Below are positions 55,105 through 64,000 of a DNA stretch of 64,000 nt, piece by piece. Source of the DNA: Egibacteraceae bacterium (GTDB lineage Bacteria > Actinomycetota > Nitriliruptoria > Euzebyales > Egibacteraceae); assembly GCA_030446775.1 (NCBI GenBank), contig JAUJMQ010000007.1, positions 5,569-69,568 on the forward strand, written 5' to 3'. Below the pieces are notes generated by a model. The model was not told the origin of the DNA. It worked only from the letters and a program-made list of their open reading frames with translations, and searched no databases. A program made the translations under genes and the position numbers. How positions within the stretch are numbered: position 1 is the stretch's first letter; each line of letters starts with the position of its first letter.

Positions 55105-56116
55105 GGGTCAGGCGCCGGAGGGAGGAGGCGTACGGGGGGCGGGCGACGCCCCGGTCGGTGACGATGGCCGTGACGAGCCGGGCCGGCGTCACGTCGAACG
55201 CCGGGTTCCACACCGGGCTGTCGGGGGGCGTGAGGGCGGTGTGGCCCATCGCGGTGCGGACCTCGCCGGGGTCGCGTTGCTCGATCTCGATGGCGTCACC
55301 GTCGGCGGTGTCGAGGTCGACCGTCGACGTCGGCGCGACGACGTAGAACGGGACGCCCGCGTCGGCGGCGAGCACCGCGAGCGTGCGGGTACCGACCTTG
55401 TTGGCGGTGTCACCGTTGGCGGCGATCCGGTCGGCGCCGACGAGGACCGCGTCGACCTGCCGCGTGCCCAACAGGGCCCCCGCCGCTCCGTCGACCACGA
55501 CGGCGTGGGGCATGCCCAGCGCGGCGGCCTCGAAGGCGGTCAGCCGCGCCCCCTGCAGCAGGGGGCGCGTCTCGTCGACCCACAGGTGGCCGAGCGCCCC
55601 CCGCTCGAACGCGGTACGGGCGACGCCGAACGCGCTGCCGATCCCCTGGCAGGCGAGCGCGCCGGTGTTGCAGTGGGTCAGCACCCGCGCGCCGTGGCCG
55701 AGCAGCGCGGCGCCGTGGCGGCCCATCGCGCGGCAGGCCTCCTCGTTCTCGACGTCGAGGCGACGCGCCTCGGCCAGCAACAGGTCCGGGTCGGCGTCCG
55801 GACCGCCCGCGGCGAGCACCCGCCGGCAGGCCCAGCCGAGGTTGACGGCGGTCGGCCGCTGCGCTGTCAGGGTCCGCGCGGCACCCGCCGCGTCGGCGTC
55901 CACGAGCGCGCCGAGCACGACGCCGTAGGCCGCCGCGACACCGAGCGCGGGGGCGCCGCGCACCCGCAGCGAGCGGATCGCCTCGGCCAGGCTGTCGACC
56001 GACCGGCAGTCGACCACCTCGACCCGCTCGGGCAGCAGCGTCTGGTCGAGCAGCCGCACCGCCGGGCCGGCGCCGTCGCCACCCGGGTCGACCCACCGCA
56101 CCGCGAACAGCTCCAC
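55105..56116 (-). CDS. mtnA: S-methyl-5-thioribose-1-phosphate isomerase (eIF-2B alpha/beta/delta family)
   Basis: GTG 56116. Motifs: LLDQTLLPERVE, RVRGAPALGVAAAYG, RPTAVNL, THCNTGALA, ADRIAANGDTANKVGT, NPAFDVTPARLVTAIVTDRG. The natural stop was not found: the frame stays open through the G/C-run patch 55021-55100, so the 3-prime end is approximate. Confidence 0.75.
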
Positions 56117-56118
56117 GG

Positions 56119-56957
56119 TCAGGGCAGCAGCGCCTGCGGCTGCAGGGCGACGATGCCGGTGGCGCCGAGGGCTCGCAGGTCGCCGAGGCGCCCCCACAGC
56201 TCGGTCTCGGTGACCACGAGGTGCACGGCGACGAGGTCGTCGCGCCCGGCAAGGGGCAGCACCGTCGGCGACGCCAGCCCGGGGAAGACGTCGCGCAGGT
56301 CCTCCAGGCGCTCGCCGGGGACGTGCAGCATGACGTAGCGGTGACGGCGGGCGGCGAGCACCGCGTCCAGGCGCAGGCTGAGGTCGTCCAGCGCGGGGGA
56401 GTCACCGGCGCGGACGAACAGCGCCTGGCAGTGGGCGAGCACCTCCAGCACCCGCAGGCGGTTGGTCATGAGGCTCGTGCCGGTCTCACGCAGGTCGACG
56501 ATCGCGTCGGCGAGCCCCGCGGCGCACACGCCCTCCAGCGACCCGCCCATCGGCACGACGGTGACGCCGACGCCCTTGCCGGTGAAGAAGCGCTCGGTCA
56601 GGGCGGGCAGGTGTGTGGCGACGACGCCGCCGGCGAGGTCGGCGATGCCCGAGCGCCCGTCGTCGTCGCGGCTGGCGAGCACGAGGTCGGAGCGGCTGAA
56701 ACCCAGCGGCAACGCGCGCAGGTCGTCGAGCTCGTGCTCGGCGACGATGTCGGTGGCCAGGAAGGCCGCGTGCAGCTGGCCGGCGGCGAGGGCGGCGGCG
56801 GCGTCGCGGGGTCGCATCTCGATGAGCTCGAGCCCGTCGAGCGCCGCGATCGACCCGGCGCCGTGCAGCATCGAGGTCGCGTAGCCGGCCGCCGACAGCA
56901 GCGCGAGGCAGTCGTCGCGCAGCCGCCCCTTGGACGGCACCCCCACCCGGGCGACGA

Positions 56958-56961
<4 letters not shown>
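56119..56961 (-). CDS. hisG: ATP phosphoribosyltransferase (long form)
   Basis: IVARVGVPSKGRLRDD.., EMRPRDAAAALAAGQLHAAFLATDIV, DLRETGTSLMTNRLRV, with the C-terminal regulatory domain. The start overlaps the hisE stop (GTGA). Confidence 0.85.
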
Positions 56962-58633
<1,672 letters not shown>

Positions 58634-58680
58634 TCATGACGGCAGCGACGTCGTGGGCGCGGCGACGGCCGGGCGGCCGG

Positions 58681-59466
58681 CTACAGGGCAGGGAGGAGCT
58701 CGCGCAGCATCGCAGCCAGCCGCGGCCCGCCGGTCCTGCCGGCGTCGAGCACCTCGGCGTGGTCGGTGGGGGTGCCACCCGGCCGGTGGACGTTGGTGAC
58801 CAGCGACACGCCGACGACGCGCAGGGCGACTGCCCGCGCCTGCACGACCTCCAGGACCGTCGACATCCCGACGGCGTCGGCGCCCAGGGCGCGCAGCATG
58901 CGGACCTCGGCGGGGGTCTCGTAGGCGGGGCCGACCAGCCCGGCGTACACGCCCTCGGTGACCGTCAGCCCGGCGAGCTCGGCGGCGCGGTGGGCGAGCG
59001 CCCGCAGCGCCGGATCGTAGGCGCCGGTCATGTCCACGAACTGGGGGGTGCCGCCCGCGCCGACGAGCGGGCTCGCCCCGGTGAGGTTGAGGTGGTCGGC
59101 CAGCACCAGCACGTCGCCCGGCGACATCGCCGGGTCCAGGCCGCCCGCGGCGTTGGTGACCAGGAACGTGTCGGCGCCCGCGTCGGCGGCGGCGCGGACG
59201 CAGGCCGCCACGTCGCGGGCGGCCACTCCCTCGTACAGGTGCAACCGACCCTGCTGGACGAGCACCGGCAGCCCGTGCAGCGTGCCCGCGACGATGCGCC
59301 CGGCGTGGCCGGGGACGGTGGGCTCGGGCAGACCGACCTCGGAGAAGCCCAGGGCGATCGCACCGTCGACCTCGTCGGCGAGCGCCGACAGCCCCGAGCC
59401 CAGCGTCAGCAGCGCCCGCGGGCGGAACCCGCCGAGCCGCTCGCGCAACGCCGCGGCGGCACTCAC
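58681..59466 (-). CDS. Purine nucleoside phosphorylase (PunA-type)
   Basis: LTLGSGLSALADEV, VPGHAGRIVAG, QGRLHLYEG, TNAAGGL, GPAYETPAEVRML, GMSTVLEV. Confidence 0.85.
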   Translation of the reverse strand: MSAAAALRERLGGFRPRALLTLGSGLSALADEVDGAIALGFSEVGLPEPTVPGHAGRIVAGTLHGLPVLVQQGRLHLYEGVAARDVAACVRAAADAGADTFLVTNAAGGLDPAMSPGDVLVLADHLNLTGASPLVGAGGTPQFVDMTGAYDPALRALAHRAAELAGLTVTEGVYAGLVGPAYETPAEVRMLRALGADAVGMSTVLEVVQARAVALRVVGVSLVTNVHRPGGTPTDHAEVLDAGRTGGPRLAAMLRELLPAL

Positions 59467-60584
59467 GGCCGCTGCCCCGCGACCGGGTCGGCCACCGGGG
59501 CCCCGCTAGGCCCGTGCGCGGCGCCGAGTGCGGCCTTCAACCGCTCGATGTTGGCGATGGGGGTCGGGTCACGGTCCAGCGCCAGGGCCGTGTAGACGCT
59601 GGCGAGGTCGCCGTGCAGCAGCAGGGACGCGAGCCGGGCCAGCGGCGCGCGACCCTGCGCGACGATGTCCCGCCGCCAGGCGAGCCGCTCGACGAGCAGG
59701 TCGCCGACGACCGCGAAGCGCTGCGCGACCCGCGGGTGCTCACCGCCGGGGTCGCGGACGGCGACCATCCCGCTCGTGCCGGTCAGCAGCGACGGTTCCT
59801 GCCAGGCGACGACCTCGTTGTGGCACGACTCGGGGACTTCGCCGTGCTTGGCGGGCAGCTTGGCGTTCTCGGCGAGCTGGCAGGCGAGCCGGTAGGCGGC
59901 CACCGCCCCGATGCCCCGCCCGCCCCAGACCAGCGGCACACCGCCGGCGGCGAGGTCCAGCGCCAGGGCCTTGGCGGGGTTGTCGGCGGTGGGCACGGCG
60001 CGCCCGAGCTCGCCGCCGAGCCGGGCGAGGACGTCGATCGCCTCGTCCAGGCCCTCGTCCAGGCCCAGCGCCACGAGCGCGGGGACGAGCAGGTACCCCA
60101 TGGAGTGGCGCGGCGGGCGCGGGGCGGTCCTCGGAGCGCTCACACGCCGGCGCCCGGCCGGGACGAGCACGCACGGCGTGGCGGTCTCCTCGCAGGTGGC
60201 CGCCAGCGCCCCGCCGACGGTGACCGCCCAGCGCCGCGCGCCGCGGCGACGGGCCTCGGCGAACGCCGACAGCGTCTCCTCGGTCCCGCCTGAGTACGAC
60301 GCCGCCATCACCAGCGTGCGCGGGCCGACGAACGCCGGCAGCCCGTAGCCCTTGTGCACGACGACCGGGCGGCGGGCGCTGCCGGTGGCCAGCGCCCACA
60401 CGATGTCCGCGCCGATGCCCGAGCCCCCCATGCCGGTGACCACGACGGTGTCGACGTCGTCGAGGTCCAGCGCGACCCCGGCGAGCTCGCGAGCGTGCGC
60501 CCACTGGTCGGCGGTCGTCTCCAGGTCGGCCAGCGCGTCGGACCCGTCCACGGCGCCGTAGCGCCGGGGGTCGTCGAGATCCAC
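59463..60584 (-). CDS. SIS-domain bifunctional phosphoglucose/phosphomannose isomerase-like protein
   Basis: VVVTGMGGSGIGADIV, MAASYSGGTEETL, and the C-terminal region. One short stretch (GRRRVSAPRTAPRPPRHS) looks like a compensated frame disturbance. Confidence 0.7.
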   Translation of the reverse strand: MDLDDPRRYGAVDGSDALADLETTADQWAHARELAGVALDLDDVDTVVVTGMGGSGIGADIVWALATGSARRPVVVHKGYGLPAFVGPRTLVMAASYSGGTEETLSAFAEARRRGARRWAVTVGGALAATCEETATPCVLVPAGRRRVSAPRTAPRPPRHSMGYLLVPALVALGLDEGLDEAIDVLARLGGELGRAVPTADNPAKALALDLAAGGVPLVWGGRGIGAVAAYRLACQLAENAKLPAKHGEVPESCHNEVVAWQEPSLLTGTSGMVAVRDPGGEHPRVAQRFAVVGDLLVERLAWRRDIVAQGRAPLARLASLLLHGDLASVYTALALDRDPTPIANIERLKAALGAAHGPSGAPVADPVAGQRP

Positions 60585-60796
60585 TAGGCGTCCGCCCCGT
60601 CACCGGCGGCGGGCGGGGAACGGCGCGGGGGCGGTCGCGTGGCCTCGTCGACGAGCATGACGGGGATGCCGTCGCGCACCGGGTAGTGCAGCCCGCAGGC
60701 CGTGCAGATGATGAGGTGGCGGCGGTCCTTGTACTCCACCTCGCCGTGACAGGCGGGGCACACCAGCAGCTCGAGCAACGCGGGGTCGACGGCCAC
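60584..60796 (-). CDS. Trm112-family (UPF0434) small zinc-ribbon protein
   Basis: GTG 60796 follows GAGGAGA. Product: LLELLVCPACHGEVEY...LICTACGLHYPVRDGIPVMLVDEA. Confidence 0.8.
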   Translation of the reverse strand: MAVDPALLELLVCPACHGEVEYKDRRHLIICTACGLHYPVRDGIPVMLVDEATRPPPRRSPPAAGDGADA

Positions 60797-60822
60797 GGCT
60801 GTCTCCTCGGGTCGGCGGACGG

Positions 60823-62159
60823 TCAGCGGATCAGCTGCAGGACGCGGTCGCGGACGGCCGCCATCTGCTCGGCGTCGGCGGCCTCGACGTTCAGGCGCAG
60901 CAGCGGCTCGGTGTTGGACGGGCGCAGGTTGAACCACCACCCGTCGCCTTCGAAGGTCAGGCCGTCGGTCCAGTCGGCCTCCCCCTGCCCGGCCAGCTCG
61001 CCGGCGACGCGCTCCATCGCGGCCGCCTGGTCGGCGACGGTGGTGTTGACCTCGCCGGACTGCACGTAGCGGTCATAGGGGGCGATGAGCTGCGACATCG
61101 TCCCGCCCGAGTCCGACAGGGCCTCTAACAGCAGCACCGCGGCGATGAGCCCCGAGTCCGCGCGGAAGTTGTCACGGAAGTAGTAGTGGCCCGAGTGCTC
61201 GCCGCCGAACACCGCCCCGGTGTCCTTCATGACGGCCTTGATGTAGGAGTGGCCCACGCGGGTGCGCACCGGGTGGCCCCCGGCCGCCTCGACCGTCTCG
61301 GGGACGACCCGGGAGACGATGAGGTTGTACAGGATCGTCGCGCCGGGGTTGCGCTCCAGCAGCGTGCCGGCGATGACGGCGGTGACCAGCGACGGGTTGA
61401 TCGGCCGACCCGCCTCGTCCACGCAGAACATCCGGTCGGCGTCGCCGTCGAAGGCCAGCCCCAGGTCACAGCCGGAGTCGGTGACGGCGGCCTGCAGGTC
61501 GACGAGGTTCTCCGGCTCGATGGGGTTCGCGGGGTGGTTGGGGAAGCTGCCGTCGAGCTCGAAGAACAGCTCGACGAGGTCGACGGGAAGGCCCGAGAAG
61601 ACCTCGGGGACGACGAGCCCGCCCATGCCGTTGCCGGCGTCGACGGCGACCTTGGTCGGCCGCAGCGCCCCGACGTCGACGAAGCCCCGGACGTGGTCGG
61701 CGTACTCCCCCAGCAGCGCCATCGTCCGGTGGCTGCCCTGCGCCGAGGACGCCGGGAACGAGCCGGACTGGGCGCGGTCGCGGATCTGGGCCAGCCCGGT
61801 GTCGATGCCGACGGGCTCGGCGCCCGCCCGGCACAGCTTCAGCCCGTTGTACTCGGCGGGGTTGTGGCTGGCCGTCCACATGGCCCCGGGCAGGCCGAGG
61901 CGGCCGGAGGCGTAGTACAGCAGATCCGTCGACGCCATCCCGATGTCGACGGTGTCCACGCCCTGGGCGCGGACGCCGGCCATGAACGCCTCGGACAGCT
62001 CCACCCCTGAGGGGCGCATGTCACGCGCGACGATGACCGCCTCGCCGTGCAGCTCCACCGCCGCGGCGCGGCCGAGGCGCTCGGCGAGCTCGGCGTCGAG
62101 CTGTCGCCGACGAGCCCGCGGACGTCGTAGGCCTTGACGATGGAGCCGAGGTCGAGCAT
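60823..62159 (-). pseudogene. manB: Phosphomannomutase/phosphoglucomutase, single 1-nt frame break near 62103
   Basis: ATG 62159 follows GGGAG. MLDLGSIVKAYDVRGLVGD is followed by a frame break. ORF 60823..62058 then carries ASHNPAEYNGLK (catalytic Ser), DGDADR and GGEHSGHYYF. Expected ggcgaCCag, observed ggcgaCag. Confidence 0.85.
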
Positions 62160-62341
62160 GCCGCGCTCCCGCACCGGAGGTTCGCCCGTGCGTCGGCGTC
62201 CGCGCCGGCCCGGGTCGTCGTCAGCGGCATCCTACGCAGGCGGCGGCCGGGCGCCGCCGGCGGGTCGGGCAGGCGGCGCCCGAGATGGGGACGGCGCCGG
62301 ACCCGTCGAGGGGTCCGGCGCCGCCGGGCTTGTCGCCGCGG

Positions 62342-62513
62342 CTAGCTGGCCACCTTGGTGAGCACCTCGGGCAGGGAGCTGGCCGCCGTGCTCGGCGTCG
62401 CTCCAGCCGCGGTGCTCGCACGCGCGACAGTGGGTGAAGCTCACCGGGCCGCCCTTGAGCGTCAGGCCCAGGCTCATCAGGTCGGTCGAGCTGCAGTTCG
62501 CGCACGTCGCCAC
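62342..62513 (-). CDS. Small CxxC...CxxC zinc-ribbon protein (about 57 aa) with an apparent frame break near its 3-prime end
   Basis: GTG 62513 is preceded by AAGGAGA. Product VATCANCSSTDLMSLGLTLKGGPVSFTHCRACEHRGWSDAEHGG, then SLPEVLTKVAS-stop in another frame. Confidence 0.35.
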
Positions 62514-62613
62514 GCCGGATCTCCTTGGGTCGCAAGAGTTCGTCGCAGTCCCAGTCGGCCGACTGCGGCGGAACTTGCGTTCTCGACGGGTGGTTCCCAC
62601 GTGCGCAGCTGGC

Positions 62614-62964
62614 CTAGTTCGCCACGTCCTCGTCGCCGGCGCCGCCACCGCCACGGGGCGGGCCGACCTCCACGAGCCGCCGGACGTCGGCGGGGAGCTG
62701 CCCGCCGATGTACTGCGACCGGGAGCGGCCACCGTCCTTCCAGTACGCGTACCAGTACGGCCCGTGGGGGCAGCCGTCGCAGCGCCGCCCGCAGCGGACG
62801 AGCGCCCGGCGGTAGCTCACGGCCGGGATGCCGGGCACGTCCGCGAGCTCGGTCACCGGCCCCTCGCTGCCGATGAGCAGACCCCGGACGAGGATGAGCA
62901 GCCGCCGCAGCTGATGCTCGTCGAGCCGCCGGACGGCGCGGACGAGCTCGCGCGGCAGCGTCAT
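62614..62964 (-). CDS. Hypothetical protein with CGRRCDGCPHGPYWYAYWKDGGRSRSQYIG motif
   Basis: ATG 62964. Product: MTLPRELVRAVRRLDEHQLRRLLILVRGLL... It lies in the same frame as the upstream DUF3499 ORF but is separated from it by an AT-richer, low-GC3 patch. Confidence 0.5.
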   Translation of the reverse strand: MTLPRELVRAVRRLDEHQLRRLLILVRGLLIGSEGPVTELADVPGIPAVSYRRALVRCGRRCDGCPHGPYWYAYWKDGGRSRSQYIGGQLPADVRRLVEVGPPRGGGGAGDEDVAN

Positions 62965-63009
62965 CGCACTGTCCCGCCCCGCCCGCCCGCCGACGCCCCC
63001 GCTGGCCGC

Positions 63010-63038
63010 ACATAAGAAGTCACAGGTGCAACGCTCAA
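63010..63038 (-). promoter_or_regulatory. Possible promoter (TTGAGC - 17 nt - TTATGT) for the 62964 gene
   Basis: This is the only AT-richer stretch in a 1.3-kb open frame. The -10 hexamer is imperfect. Confidence 0.25.
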
Positions 63039-63058
63039 GGGTTGAGACGCCATCGCTC

Positions 63059-63798
63059 AGTCGCGGGGCGGCCGCCGGCGCGAGCCGGCCAGGTCGATCG
63101 ACACGACGACGCCGCCGCCGGGCGCCGGCGCCGGCGCACAGGTCGTCCACCGGGATGGCGAGCTGCCCCGGGATCGGCGGTCCATCGGGCGGTGGCGCCC
63201 ACGGGCGCGACGCGAGTGCCGGCGCCAGCTCCCGGCTGGGCAGGGGGTCGGCCCCGTGCAGCGGCACCGCCCCGGCCGGCGCCTCGGAGCCGGCGGCCGG
63301 CGCGACCCGGCGGCGCGGAGCCGACGGACACAAGCACCTCCACGGCCAGCGCGCCTCCGGCGGCCGCGTCTGGGGCGCCCGCGCCGGCCGCCGGGGCCGG
63401 CGCGACCCCATCCTCGCCGGCGCCCCCGCCGGTGCGGCGGCGACCTCCGCGGCCAGGCGCGGCAGATCGGCGGCCAGGGCGGCGTAGCGGTTGACAGGCC
63501 CGCGGCCGGCGACGACCTCGGCGGCCTGCTCGCGACCCCAGCCGGCGTCGAGGTCGGCGCGGTCGCGGGCCGACGGCTCCACGACGACGAGCGGCTCGCT
63601 GCGGTCGTCGACGCGCTCCCAGCCGCGGGGCACGGTCAGCGCGTCGGCATGGTGCGGGCACAGGTCGTACAGCGCCGGATCGGGTGCCGCCGACAGGTCG
63701 GTCAGCCACACCTGCTTGGTCGCGTAGCGATAGGACAGGGAGGCGGCGGCGGGCCAGCGGCAGCCGGTCTTGGCGCAGGTGCGCAACGTCTCAGCCAT
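63059..63798 (-). CDS. DUF3499-like protein (Rv3258c-like); 3-prime end unresolved
   Basis: ATG 63798. Product: MAETLRTCAKTGCRWPAAASLSYRYATKQVWLTDLSAAPDPALYDLCPHHADALTVPRGWERVDDR. The raw ORF has no stop before 62614. The end given (TGA 63059-63061) is in a different frame and is only a guess. Confidence 0.5.
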
Positions 63799-63913
63799 GC
63801 GCGGCAACGTAGTGCACACTCCGCCCCCCGGCGGGGAACCGGCGCGTGGCGTCGCGGACGGGTGCCGGGCGGGCATCCTGCCCGCAGCTGAGCCCGACGA
63901 CTGTCCGGACACC

Positions 63914-64000
63914 ATGAGCAGCGACCGTCACGGCCGGACCGCCCACGTCGACAACGACCGGCGCCGGCGGCCCTTCGACGGCTTCCGCGTCCGCGACGCC
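63914..64000 (+). CDS. Start of a divergent gene (partial; MSSDRHGRTAHVDNDRRRRPFDGFRVRDA...)
   Basis: The ATG at 63914 opens a frame that runs to the window end. It is too short to identify. Confidence 0.25.
   Translation, partial: MSSDRHGRTAHVDNDRRRRPFDGFRVRDA

Overview
High-GC (about 72-74%) actinobacterial chromosome segment. All calls come from reading the supplied translations and the DNA by eye; no searches were run. Positions 15.8-64 kb are a conserved core block whose order resembles Mycobacterium tuberculosis Rv3219-Rv3300: trpB2, cspA, plsC, nei, lhr, rsbW-sigF-like, lipid kinase, whiB1, pdtaS, biotinyl protein, sigH-rshA, M23 peptidase, secA, hpf, NarL regulator, trkA x2, APC permease, comF, mtnA, hisG, hisE, ahcY, PNP, SIS isomerase, manB, DUF3499. 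Positions 1-15.8 kb look accessory: an IS3-family remnant, a GGDEF-EAL protein, a TasA-like/SipW pair, a 1462-aa SARP-STAND-WD40 regulator, decaying NHL-repeat genes, a low-GC3 Tat-PhoD phosphatase and vapBC. The main observations are: (1) a ~58-nt two-hairpin intergenic repeat family at five loci; (2) 11-nt GTTCA direct-repeat (PHO-box/SARP-type) modules upstream of phoD and of the NHL gene, next to the SARP-STAND gene; (3) a perfect 55-bp tandem duplication rewriting the C-terminus of that regulator; (4) a SipW ORF whose tail copies the TasA signal/cleavage motif beside a LuxR fragment, which looks like a deletion scar; (5) a perfect CRP site upstream of whiB1; (6) many reading-frame breaks, including in essential secA, often single-base losses in G/C runs, so pseudogene calls may be sequence errors; (7) three G/C-homopolymer (G4-prone) patches and a (GC)10 tract at a frame break. 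No rRNA, tRNA or CRISPR array was seen.
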